Positions 40,387-53,594 of a DNA stretch of 64,000 bases are shown in pieces; position 1 is the stretch's first letter, and the number at the start of each line of letters is the position of its first letter. A model generated the notes under the pieces. It searched no databases, was not told where the DNA came from, and saw only the letters and a list, made by a program, of their open reading frames with translations. The stretch comes from the human T2T-CHM13v2.0 reference genome, Homo sapiens: the NCBI RefSeq assembly GCF_009914755.1, contig NC_060929.1; one strand, written 5' to 3'. A program made the translations under genes and the position numbers.

Positions 40387-42714
40387 TAGATTTACGTTTT
40401 TTTTTTCTCTTTTCCATTTCTAATACCTTACTATGCAATAATGGATGGGACATCATCTTTGGGGTCAGACAGACCCATGCACAAATTCTGAGTTTTCTCT
40501 GGCCTCTATATGTCTCTGTTTTACTTGACTTTTATATATCTGTGTCCTGGTCTCTAACATGATGGTCAAGCACATAGCTTTTAGAGTTGTGAGGATGCAG
40601 GAAGGGGCCCCAGGAAGGGCCTCCTGGAGTGTCTGGCTCTGGGGGCCTTGGACACGCTCATGTTGCGCCTGGGGATCTCCTTCATGCCTTTCTCTCCTCA
40701 CCCTGCCCCTATTGGTCCTGCTTCATGTCAGCCCACACCGTGTAAGAAGCCATCCCTGCGATGATATCTACCCTGCGTGTTGCACCCGCATCACAGCTTT
40801 CTGAGTCCAAACATCTTCAGGGGTTCAAAGCCACCCTGGCTGGTCCCCATGATCATGTCCTGTCTCATCTGCTATCTCCCGAACATCCCAGGCCCTGCTC
40901 CTTCCTATCTGCCTTAATCCCAGTGCTCTCTGGGCCGCCTCCTCACAGCCCAACTTCACATTCCTTGGAAGCCACAACAACTCCTCCCTCTGCCAGTGGA
41001 GCCTCGGCTGCCCTCCAGGGCCTGCTGTGGCCCTGCTCTCCCCGGTCTCTGTGGCTCCTGGGGACCCTGGCACTCTCTGCACCCCCAGCCTGGAGGGCAG
41101 ACGGCCAGCATGCAGGAGGAGTGTGCAAACCAACATCATCCCAAGAGGTGGACAGTGAGCCAGGCTCTGCTTTCTGTGTGGACCCATGACTGTGGAAAAA
41201 TCACACTGTCCTTAAAAAGCCAAATGGTGCCTTTTCTCTTGACTAACCCTCCAAATGGGATTTTGAGAGAAAGAAAAAAAATCACCCCTTTGAACCATAT
41301 TAAACAAGCCAGGTCTTTCTGAGTTTGAAAGAAAACCAGAACACTGAAAGGAGGTCACCATGGGGCACTGGGGTTCCTGCAAGGACCCCTCGGGGCTGGG
41401 AATGTGTATTCCCGAGCAATGAGCTGCCTCCGGTGTAGTCAATTGCAGAATGTCCATTCTGAGTGGATACTGGAGTTTTCGCTGCTTTACAAACTTCACG
41501 GAATGCTGTGAGAGTCTGGCTGGGGTTGACAGGGCAGGCCTGTGCTTGTGGGCCCTGGGGCCCCAAGCACAGCTGAGGTTCTGGGACCATGTGCCAGGGT
41601 CCTAAGTCAGTGAAGTTGACAACTAGAGTGAGCAACTGCTGAATATGATGTGGTCTCTCCTTCCTGAGAACCAGAGGCCAATGTGAAGGTGGGATTCTGT
41701 GACTTCCCAGAATGGGGAAGTGGGCTGGGGTGGCAGCTGGCAGCTGGGCCAGCTTTGTGGCCCACCCCAGCCTGGAGCCTGTGCTCTTGAGTGGGGCTGC
41801 CCCACCTGCCGGCCTTCATGCCGTCCACGCTATTACCTCAGGGGCTAGAGGGCATACTGCTGGTGGGGAAGTTCGGCTGGGACCACCCAGCTAGGGAAAA
41901 AGACTGGAAGGACCCAGGGCTATTTGAAAGAGGGATTCTGGGGCTCTGAACTCTACAGAAAGTTCCAGAAGCAGCGTGCACTGGCTCTGGTAGGCACAGG
42001 CCCTATTAAGACTCCATAGCCTTTTCCTCCTGGAAAGACTTACATGGCTCAAGGAGGGACAGAGGGAGCATGTGCGGGGCAGGGCCAAGGGCAGGTGGGA
42101 CTGTTGTGCTACCAAGGATGGGAGGAGAATGCCAGGAAACTGGAAAGCTCCTCAGGAACTGCAACATGTTGGGAAGCAGAGAGCCCCTTCTTGTTGAGAA
42201 ATGGCCCAGTTGTCCCTCCAGAGACACACTGGCCTGCATCTCAGCCAATGACACAGGACTGGGACCCTGTGTCCCCACACAGGCACCTGCTCTGTGATGC
42301 ACCCGGCTTCTCCAGTGACTCAGCTGCTTGGCCTGGGCCTGCTAGAGATGCAAATTGAGGTCTCATCAGCTGCCCTAGCCCTGCCCAGACACCCTGACCA
42401 GTGTCCGACCGGCCCTGCCTCAGTGGGTGCTTGGAGGGGCACAAATGACTCAGCAGGAGTGGGAGTTGCCAGGAGCTTCCAGGAGTCTTGAAGCCAAGTG
42501 TCTCTCCAGGGTTGATGCCAGCTTCGCATCGGCTTGGCTGCGCCAGGAAGACCACCAGGGCAGTGCAGAAAGTGATGGAAGGACCTGCCATCGGGTCACG
42601 CCTGAGCCACAGCTGGGCCCTTTCACTTTAGAGTGAGAATCCTCCACTTCCATGGTGAGGGGAGGCGGAGGGGCTGAGAGTGAGGAGTGGGAGGGCGTCC
42701 ACCACCTACCTGAC

Positions 42715-42830
42715 ACCCACTCACTGTGGGACCCGGGGAAGTTCCACAAACCCTCTGGGGCCTCAGTCTCCTCATCCATAAAGTGGGGACACTTAGAACA
42801 GCACCTGACTCCCACGTGGATGGGAGCAGC
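42715..42830 (+). mobile_element. MIR
   Basis: CCCTCTGGGGCCTCAGTCTCCTCATCCATAAAGTGGGG. Confidence 0.65.
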
Positions 42831-43257
42831 TAGGCCCTGATGCCCAGAGAGCCCAGGACCGGGAAGCAGGATGTGTGCCGGCTCTTCCCGGTGGGGCATC
42901 CGAGGGGCACAGCCCACTCTGAGCCTCAGGTCTCCATCAGTCGAGGGAGGATGCCCATGATTCCTGCCTCCAGGCCAGCTGGGAGCCCGCACATCAGGAA
43001 ATAGGACAGCCTCATTGGCTTTTGCTCAGCTTCCAGGGAGAAATCGTCAACCACAGTAGCCTGCAGGAGAGATGGAGCTACAACCCAGCATTGGAAAATA
43101 AAAGCCCAGGAACCTGGCAGGAGTGGAGGCCAGCGCGTTGGAGAGCCCCGGGCCATAGGAGACAAGCCATTCCCTGTCTCGGATGGAATCCCTTCTGCCT
43201 GTGTCCCTCAGCACTCCTGGTTTGTGTTGGGTGAATGAAACCACATGTGTGGAGTAC

Positions 43258-43545
43258 TTTTTTTTTTTTTTTTTTTTTTTTTGAGACGGAGTCTCGCTCT
43301 GTCGCCCAGGCTGGAGTGCAGTGGCGCGATCTCAGCTCACTGGTTCACGCCATTCTCCTGCCTCAGCCTCCCGAGTAGCTGGGACTACATGCGCCAGCCA
43401 CCACGCCCAGCTAATTTTTTGTATTTTTAGTAGCGACGGGGTTTCACCATGTTAGCCAGGATGGTCTCGATCTCCTGAACTCGTGATCCGCCCACCTTGG
43501 TCTCCCAAAGTGCTGGGATTACAGGCGTGAGCCACCGCGCCGGCC
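43258..43545 (-). mobile_element. Young AluY with a short internal deletion
   Basis: Pure 25-nt T tail, many CpGs retained, perfect TSD GTGTGGAGTAC at 43247-43257 / 43546-43556. Confidence 0.95.
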
Positions 43546-46030
43546 GTGTGGAGTACTTTTTAATGGCAGGGGTCTCATGCAGGCCTGCCTTTTCCCCATG
43601 CTTCTTCTCCTGGTTCTCTGTCCAAAGCTTTCCCCTGTCTATCTCCATTTTCATCCCCTTCCTGGCGATCACAATGTCCTTCTTCTCCCCTTCAGTGTCC
43701 CCTCCGGTGTCTGCCTTGGGAGCCCAAGCCCTGAGAGCGCTCCTGGAGTCAGGAATCAGTATCTGTCACTATGACCCATGAGCCATAGCACGTCCACTCA
43801 GACAGTGGCTTGCCTGATGTGGAGAGAAGGGCGAGGCACGAGTTATGGTGGCTGATTTGCACACCGCTCACGCTGTCTTAAGAAGACTTACTTGTTGATA
43901 TTAATTGCGGAATAACATAGGAAAAAGTGTGAAGGGCACTGCCGACTCTAAAAAGAGAGGCAGCCCCACGCAAAGTGAAGGGGGGCTTGGGCCCCTGATA
44001 TGGACAAGCGTCATGGGCTTCAGCAGCCTGTTTCTGCGAAATTGCAGAAGAATGAGGCTGGTGACTCCGCCCAGAACCCCAGCCCCCGCCCTCCCCAGTG
44101 AACAGATGAAAGCTGATGGCAGCGAGCAGTGGCCACTCCCTCGTAGCGGATTCGTTTGGAGCCTCTGCCTTTCTTGCCCAAATGTGGTTCGGCTCAGTCT
44201 AGCTACAGAGAAAAAAATTGCATTCCCGGCTGGGATTTCGAACAGTGATTTATTTTAGTGGAAGTGCCTATAATTAAAAGCAGCCACAACAAAAACGAGG
44301 CGTGAGAACATATGAGTCCCAGACAGTTACCAAGCCCAGGAGGCCGTCGTGACGGCAGAGGTGACAGCAAACTAAATTTACAGCCCCATTCTGCCCCTTT
44401 CCAGGGGTGTGCTCTCAACAGGGGTCAGTTTACGCGAGGGATTAGGAAGAGTGAGATGCCTCTTTTGGAAATGATGATGCATATGTATTTTCGAATGTTG
44501 AAAATACATAGGTGTGAATACCAGGAAGATGTGGCAGGGGACTGTGAGGCAGAGGTGTCCCTCACATGGAAGGACAAAGACTAAGGGAACTTCTGTGCAG
44601 ATGGCGCCAAGGTTAACTCAAGGTAGGAACGTCAGAGCAGCATCACAGTGACGTTGGCTGAGATGAAAGGGAGAAGGAAAGCTCATTTCCATACCTCGCA
44701 GCCCACACTGCGCTTCCAGCTGAGGTCGGGAGGGAGGGGGCAGTGAAGCCCTGGGTGCAGCGGCAGAGACCCCGAGGCCAGTGCCCCCGCGGGGGCCTGT
44801 AGGGTTCCTGTCCCTTTGTGTGAGGTTGATGTACAGCCCCACAGCAGCTCTGTGGGCGCTCCAGGCCAGCTCCTTGGAGAATCCACAGAGGCCCTCAAAG
44901 GCTGCGGAAGTGCACTTGTGAACATTTTCTATGCATTCAAAAATCACATTCTTTTGAATTATTTCCAGCAGCCTGACCATGTGACACAGTCCTTGTGTGG
45001 TGGGTCCCCAGGTGAAAATATTTCCTGAGGAGATGCCTGAGTGCTGAGATTCAGGCATCCGGAGGATACCGGTCTAACTCACTCTGGCTCTGAGTGGGAG
45101 GCCCGATCCAGGCACAAAGGGCAGTCCTCTCCCTCCGGGCTGGAGCCTGGCTGCTGGCCCAGAGCGTCCGAGGATGTCTTCCCTGTGGAGAGATTCCACT
45201 CTGCTTTCTCCTCCTCCTCCCACGCTCTGGCTCTCAGAATTTATAGCAAACATGGGCGTGAGGGGCTCAGGCTGCTGATGAGTGGGTCCCAGAGGAAGGA
45301 GAAGACCTCCACGGAGGTTAGACAGTGATTGTTGTTGAGGAAGAGAGGAATGGCTTCAGGACTGGCCTGCGTCCAGGTCCCACTTAGGGGTCTGCCAGGT
45401 GGGGGAAGCCCCCGCTGCTGCTCTCATGCGAGATGGGCAGCCGCAGGACCCTGCTCCTTAGGGCAGAGCCACACAGGGACAAGGTGGCCAGGCAGCTGTG
45501 CTCACCTCCCGTCTTTGCAGATGCGGCGTCCCCACCTGGCTGCTTGGGAGACTCTTGACGGCAGGTATGCTGGGATCTGAGCTGTGTTTCTGCTCTCGCA
45601 GGTGTTTGAATTTCCCAAAGCGGGTGGGAGCTGCCAGAACTCCTAAGCGAGATGAGGCATGAGCACTGGGCTGCCCAGCGGAGTCCTGGTCAGGGTGGGT
45701 GAGGCTGTGCAGGGATGGCTGAGCTTGGGTATTGACGGGGCCTGCTGCCCCAGCCGGCTCTGCTCTGTGCCCTGCACCAACATGTGTCCTGGGTTTCCAT
45801 CCTCAATCACTGTGCAGGGGGCAGGCAAGGACACAGGCTTTCTATCCTTCCAGGCTTCTAGCCCTCAATGCCCTTTCTGTCTAAACCCCACAGGGAGGCT
45901 GCGGGGATTCCTCATCTTAGCCCTGCTGTGAACCACCTGCAGCAAGGACTGTCTCCTGCCTTCTTTGGGAAGCCAAGCGTGGGCCAAAATCAGTAAGAGA
46001 AGCCAGGTTTAGGAATCTCAGGAAGGACCA

Positions 46031-46584
46031 TGTAAGAGTTTGCTAGGACTGCTGTCACAGAGTACCACAGCCTGGCAGCTTAAACAGCAGAAATGTATTG
46101 TCTTGCAGCTCTGGAGGCTGGAAGTCCCAGAGCAAGGTGTTAAGGTGTTGGCAGGGCTGGTTCCTTCCGAGGATGTGAGGTGCCTCTTCCCTGGTGTCTG
46201 GTGATGCTGACAATCTTCAGTGAAGTCCCAGAGCAAGGTGTTGGCAGGGATGGTTCCTTCTGAGGCTGTGAGGTGCCTATTCCCTGGTGTCTGGTGAGGC
46301 TGACAATCTTAGTGCTCCTTGGTGTGTAGAAACCATGATCTCTGCCTTCATCTCCCCATGATGTTCTCCTTATATGTGTCTCCCTATATGTATCTGTCTA
46401 CAAATTTTACCCCTTTTATAAAGATTCTGGTCTTATGGAAGTAGGGCCTGCCCTACTTCAAAATGACTTCATCTTTATCAGTTATATCTGCAATGACCCT
46501 ATTTCCAAATAAAGTTACATTTGAAGTACTGGGATTAGGGCTTCCACATATGAATTTTCAGGGGACATAATTTAACCCATGGCA
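46031..46584 (-). mobile_element. MLT1B/C solo LTR with an internal ~95-bp tandem duplication
   Basis: TGTAAGAGTTTGCTAGGACTGCTGTCACAGAGTACCACAG...ATCTGCAATGACCCTATTTCCAAATAAAG...AACCCATGGCA. Confidence 0.87.
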
Positions 46585-47574
46585 AGCCAAGACTGACTTT
46601 CAGGGCATGGCATTTCTTACCCAAAATGTAACAGGACGGGATGGGGCTACAATGGCTGGACTGGTCTCAGTAGAGAGAAATGACATCACTTTTAATTTCC
46701 ATCAGAGTAAGAATGAAGTACAACATAGATTAGCTTTCTGAGCATGAAATAACTTGAAATTTTAAGGAGCTGATTGAGGGATTCTGGGACTTGTGATTGT
46801 TCTCCAAATCGAGTAGCAAATTACTCCAAAAATAGTCAAGTGCCTCAGTACCCCATTCATTCAGACTAATTAAAGGGAAGCCTAGCCTTTAGAAGTTGGA
46901 GTTCTTTTCACAGATTTCCTTGAGAAATGGACTATACTTTTATTTTTTTAGCCTGGAATCAGCCCTGCTCCCCACCCCATGTGACAGGAGCCCTGGTTAG
47001 ATATGGGAAGGGGGTTTGGTGAAAACAGGAAGGAACAGCTGTGGGGGGCTTGGAATTGGTCTAACAATGGCAAGTACTTAGAACTAATTGGGGGAAGAGA
47101 GGCTTTTAATTACCTTGGGTTGTTTTCAATAACTTTGTAATTATTTCCTCTTAGAAAATGAAAAATGTCCAAGTCCCTGATTTGTGGACTCTGCCTGCAA
47201 TGAGATTTGATTATATTTTTCAGTGAGGCATACAGAGGACAAAATAGAAAGTCAGAAAGAGGTGGGGCTTTGTGGGGAGCTGGGCAAAGGGTTATTCAGT
47301 GTAGAATTTACCCTTGTTGAACTAAGAATACTCACGGCTGTCCTGAGAAGTGCCCTAAGCCTGTGATGTGGAACGGCTGTTGGTTCCCCATATCCTTGCT
47401 CCATGCCCTGTGCTCCATGGAGACTTGGGTTTAGATGGCCTTAGTATAGATATAGTTAATATTAACATTTTCATTAATATTACCTTCACATCAAGAAACT
47501 GTAGCATAGCCCATTTTTTCCTCCAATCTTTCCAAATATTTTATATATTCTGCTTCTAAATTAGATTTTATAAG

Positions 47575-47820
47575 CATTTCTTAAGCACCTACTATGTGCT
47601 AGGCAACATCCTTGGGTCCTGAGGATGCGAGCATGCATGCCATATAAGTGAATAGATTTCCATGTATTGGGAAGAGTGTACCAGTAGACTTCCTGGGAAG
47701 GTGGGAGACAAGGAGAGGAGTGAATAATCCCTGTGAGGTTGAGAGGGGAGCCTGGAGGTGTCAGGAAGTTTCCACCTTGGGAATTTGAAGGGAAATGAGG
47801 GAAAGAAGATCATCCCAGGA
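47575..47820 (-). mobile_element. L2 fragment
   Basis: TTAAGCACCTACTATGTGCTAGGCA is the antisense L2 tail. Confidence 0.55.
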
Positions 47821-49324
47821 GCTCACTAGGATAATCCAAAGCAGAGAAGAAGGAGATGAGTGCTCTGATTGATTCTCTGAATGCAATGTAACTCATCCCT
47901 AGACAATGTTCCAGGTTGGCCAAGGTATATCCCATTCCAAAGTTCCCATCCAAGGTGAGAAACAGGAAGTAAAATGGCAGAAGTCATCCATGTAGAGTAT
48001 TGCTTAGCTTGAATCACATTTCTTTGATAAAGGGATATGTCAACTAAGCATGTTTTTGTTTATACTTGGAAATGTTGCCCTATCCTATAAGCCCTGAATA
48101 TTATTATTAACTTTCATTCAAGCCATTCATGGAACTTTTTATGCCAACATCATAAGATGCCTGAGCATCTTATGTGAGCATCAGCCACTGAGCAAGCATC
48201 CCCATCTACAGGTGAGGTGGTTTGAGCTTTCTGTTTGTGGGCAAGGCACCAGATGCCCAGAGCCTTCTAAAAACAGCAGGTAAGCATGCTCCCTGTGGGT
48301 GCCCTCCTTTGCATTTATGGCAATGGCTCGGCAGAGGTCCCTTCTCACCTTCTGGAGAGATGGGAGGTGCCAGAACTTTGTGCAGCTGCCTTTATCCTGC
48401 ACTGACTCCCCCATGATGAGGGTGACTTTTCAGGCATCTCACAGAGAAGATTAACTGCCAAGGTAATAAAGCAACTGCATTTAATCATTTTCCTAATTGA
48501 TGCATTTATTGCAGCTCCTTGCTGCTTTTCAGGCTGAACATAATGAGCATGAAGGAAGCGAGTGTCACAGGGATCCCACATTTTCACCTAAAGGTTAATT
48601 AACCTGCAGATTATCGGGGAGATGACACCCACCCGGTGACGGCAGAGGAAACGCAAAGTCAGTGCTAAGTGCATCCAGGCCTGAGTGTAGAGCAAGGTCA
48701 CAGAAAAGGAGAACTTTGGCTGATGGCTGTAGCCTTTGAAAGGATGTTAATGTGGATATTGATTTAATTCAACATGGAACACATTGTGCTTGGAAGCTTC
48801 TACTTGGAAGCTTCTAGTAAACGAAAAATGAAAGAAAAGAGATGGCGAGCAGGAACATAAATTGAAAAGGTGCCTCTATCCTGGAGCGTGAATGAAAATA
48901 GACTGCGTGTCTGTTCACATATTGATCTGGGTTTATATCTTCCATCTACAGCCATGCTGAGGCAAGGGCTGTCTTCAAACAAAGGCGTTGATAGACCTCC
49001 ATGGGGAGGTCCTTTGAACAAGCTGACGGATCTTCCAAATGAGTGTGTTTGCACGCGGTATTGATGAAGGTCCAGTTTTAGATTTCTGAGGGCACAGTGC
49101 CCTAGCTTTACCAAACACTCCCCACTGTTTATCAGCAGCAATGTGAAGTCAGCTCGGCCCACCCTGAGAAACTCAAGAAGAGAAAGAATCATGCCTCTCT
49201 GGGTGGGAGCTCCCAGTTGTTTGAAAATTAGTTTACCATCCTACAGAATGAGATTTGTAAAAGCAAAAATGACGGTATCCCCTGCTACCTCTCACCAGGC
49301 CACAACATTAAAAAACAGATGGAG

Positions 49325-49666
<342 letters not shown>

Positions 49667-49814
49667 TTAAAATAAACGTGGCACTTAGAAAAATGTTATG
49701 CTACAAAAAGAATCACAGATATGCATAAATATTTGGCCAGGAAGATAGTCATTGTATAATCTTTAGTAAAAAAAATCAGAGAAAGCCTAACACATACTAT
49801 CTATGTAATATTGG

Positions 49815-49950
49815 GTATGTGACCACTTGGTGCCTCAGTTTCCCCGGTTGCAACTTCACAGGTTTGCTTTGAGGTTTAAATGAGACAAAGCCTGTGAAGT
49901 ACTGAGGACAATGTCTACCCCAAAGGATGCCTTCAGCACTATTATCTAAT
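49815..49950 (+). mobile_element. MIR
   Basis: TGCCTCAGTTTCCCC...GAGGTTTAAATGAGA...TGTGAAGTACT. Confidence 0.6.
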
Positions 49951-51809
49951 TACTGCTGCTGAGATGACTGGTTACTGACAGAGTGTCATAGGGATGGGGC
50001 ATTAACTTGCAGTTAGAGTGATGTTGACTGTTTGCTGAACGGAAAAATGCTCACAGTAAATTAAACAAAGCATGAATGAATGATTCTATTTTTAGACAAA
50101 GGTATAGTACATGTATGCATACATATGTACTGAAAAAATACAACATTTTATATAGAAATGTAAATACTAGGAGACTAAATAATAAAACGTTAGCAGTGAT
50201 TCTCTTTGGATATGGGAATAAAAATGATTTTAAATTTAGTCTTTGTGTTTTGTCATGTTTTCCAAATTTTCTACTGTGAAAATACCTATTTATTTTGCAG
50301 TTAGAAAACAATCTTTCAAAATAATATCTATTTAATTTAACCAACATCAGATTCTAAAATTGAGGGTTTACGATTGAAACCGAGAGCCATTTGTTGTGGA
50401 GAACACTGTTCACATAGTTACATGTAAAACTATAGACTCTGTTTTAACATTATTTGTGTTTAGTGATGTCGTCAGACAGAAGACAGGAGCATGTTAGACA
50501 AAATACACACTCAAAGAACTGGGACTGAAGTTGGTCTCTACGTCTCTAACACTATCAACATCTTGAGCATATTTCATACCAGGGTGCCAGTGATTCTCAG
50601 GATCGAGAGGCTGGGACCATACAGGCTGTGTTGCAACCCCAGAAGGCAGTGCCATGGGTCTGGGGACAGAGGGGTTGAAGTAGCGTAATGCTGCCTGGAC
50701 CATGCAGTTGGTATTTTTTGCCCACTGACGGTGGCTCCTTAACTGTTGAGAAGTCAAACAGTACAGAAAGATGTGAATGCAGGAAAGTCAGATATTTAGC
50801 AATCCTTTTCAACTTTCTCATGAAACACTAACTAGAGACTGGAAAAGTATCCTGGTAACATTTTATTTTCCTTAAAACTTAGTTTGCAGTATTCAAGGTG
50901 CTCAAGGCTATTCCTTCATAAACAAACAAACAAACAAACCAAACCTTAATGGGTCCCGGAGTTTGGAAATACCACTAACTTTTCTCTAAGCTGGCCACAC
51001 AGGCTAGCCTTAATCTATATCAGTTCCATGATGGGGTGATCTAACCCGTGTGTGGGCAGAGGAGGGAATGGAGGGTGGCAATGAGTAGAATGAGGCACAG
51101 GAAATAGGAGCGCAAAAGACATTTTGCAAAATTAGCTTCCCCTTCAGTTTAATCCTCATTAAATGTAGCTCTTAAATGAAGATAGTAAAGTAAGAATAGA
51201 TTTTTCTCTCCTTTTCACATCTGCTATAAAATCACATCCTTAATTTGTGGTCACATGAATAAGATACGAAGTGCTGGCACTGGGAAGGGGATCAATGAGT
51301 TTGTAGAATCATTTTATAAAACCTTCTCTGCAAACACCTCATCACCTTGGGAATCTTCCAGCAAATTTCACTCCAAAAGAAGGGATTAGCAAGTGTAGTT
51401 TCTCCCCATTCCTTAAAGTGCCCATATTTTTTTTTATTAAACAGGTATTCTTTGCTTAATAAGGGGCACTGTTTTGGTCAAAGGAATTTATTGGCTCAGG
51501 AATATTTAATGCATTAAACTTTTATTTTTCTAGCCTCCTTCAGTTAGGAGAGGTTGTCCATTACTTTAAATATTTACATTTTTTATGTTCTCACATATTT
51601 ATTTTATCTGTACTCTTTATAGAAGCAATAAATGTTTCCAAATTCTTTTTGGCTTGGTCTGGACTATGGTAAGTGGCAAGCATTGGCTCCTTCTCAGCTC
51701 TCTTGGGGCTCCACCCCTGTGTGGCAGTAGAGAAATCAGTAGCCCCTTCTTGACAACTGTGTAATTCTTTGTTTCCATTCCCTGAACTCTGGGGGTTTTT
51801 CTTCCTTAC

Positions 51810-52179
51810 TGATATGGTTTGGCTTTGTCCCCACCCAAATCTCATCTTGAACTGTAGCTCCCACAATTCCCATGTGTCGTGGGAGGGACGCCGTGGGAGG
51901 TAATTGAATCATGGGGGCAGGTCCTTCCGTGTTATTCTTGTGATAGTGAATAAATCTCATGAGATCTGATGGTTTTATAAAGAGGAGTTCCCCTGCACAA
52001 GTTCTCCCTCTTTGCCTGCTGCCATCCACTTAAGATGGGACTTGCTCCTCCTTGCCTTCCTCCATGATTGTGAGGCCTCCCTAACCATGTGGAGCTGTGA
52101 GTCCATTCAACCTCTTTCCTTTATAAATTATCTAGTCTTGGGTATGTCTTTATTATCAGCGTGAGAACAGACTAATACA
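51810..52179 (+). mobile_element. THE1B/C solo LTR
   Basis: TGATATGGTTTGGCTTTGTCCCCACCCAAATCTCATCTTG...GAGAACAGACTAATACA. Confidence 0.93.
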
Positions 52180-53082
52180 TCCATCTTGACTAATCCTTCT
52201 CAGGTGTATTTTTCCTTTTTTTTTTTTTTTTTTGGTGAGGTCTTGTCTGAGGCTTTCTGTCTGTGCTTGCTGCCTTTGGAAAGCTCATTTCATCCAGCGC
52301 AGTCAGCTCTCAACTGTGTGGATGCATCTTTCATCTGGATTCTGGCCCCAGTCTTTCTCCTCAACTCCAGGTCTGCATTTATCTTATGTAGTGAACACTT
52401 CCATCTGCAACCACCAGCATCTTAAACCTCATCCACCAAGAAAGAATGCATTATCTACTATTTTTCTCAGACCCACTCTCCCTAATTTCTCATCTGTTAA
52501 TGTCAATGCAATCATCCCCCAGTCTTCCAGATGGTTACCAGTTACATTTATAATTATTATGCCGCTGTTGAATGCCTATTACGATGTAGGCACTGGCCTA
52601 AGTGCTTGGGTTTTCTGTTTTTCAAGCTTGTGCTTGCAAGCATGACATCTACAGCTTCTTAATTAAGTCCAAGTGCCAGAGAATTCTATCAGATTCCTGA
52701 TTATGTTACTTCATGATTAAAAGTCTCCACTTCACAGCTGACCACTACATTCCAGACACCCTGGCCTCAGGTGTCAGCTCCTCTGCCCACTCCTCTCACC
52801 TTTTGTTTCCACTTACCCCATGCTCTGGTCAAATTAAACAACCTGCTGTTCTCTGCATGCCACGTGGTTTGCCACCTCTGAAATCTGGCTCGTTTTCCCT
52901 TTCTGCCTAGAGCTTCTTCCATTCCATCTGTATGCCCAAATCCTTCCTGGTAGTCAATGTGCTTGGAAGACATATCTAGAAACTAATCTATGGTCTTCCC
53001 AACCGACTCTCATGTCATCGTCCCTGCCATGTCCTGCCCATATTACTTCTCAACATCACTTGGTATCGCAAAGATTCTCTTA

Positions 53083-53277
<195 letters not shown>

Positions 53278-53458
53278 TCACTGTGTTTGCACGACTGAAG
53301 GGAGGCATTTCTTCACCCAAGGAGTTCCTTGATGAGTAACACTGAGAGAAATAATTAGGTAAATGCACAACTTAGGTCATAGGCCTACTAATTATCTCTC
53401 AGTTCCCAAGATCAGACACTGAGTTACACAGAAAAAATAAAAGTACAATGAACAGGTG

Positions 53459-53594
53459 GAGGATATGTAGTCTACTGCAGAAAGGTCCTTTTGAGGATAT
53501 GCAGTTTATTGTGGGAAGGTCCTTTTGAGGACAAGCGGTCTATTGCGGGAGGGTCCTTTTGAGGACATGCAATCTATTGTTAGAAGGTACTTTT
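53459..53594. repeat. Minisatellite, 4 x 34 bp, diverged
   Basis: Consensus ~GAGGAYATGCAGTCTATTGYGGGAAGGTCCTTTT; units start at 53459, 53493, 53527 and 53561. Confidence 0.92.

Noticed and set aside
40465-46000. Dense overlapping 60-180-aa ORFs on both strands
   Set aside because: Expected in GC-rich DNA with few stop codons; many begin at GTG/TTG; no recognisable domain or consistent exon chain.
53459-53594. CRISPR-like periodicity
   Set aside because: The variable middles are homologous rather than unique spacers; primate context; no cas genes.
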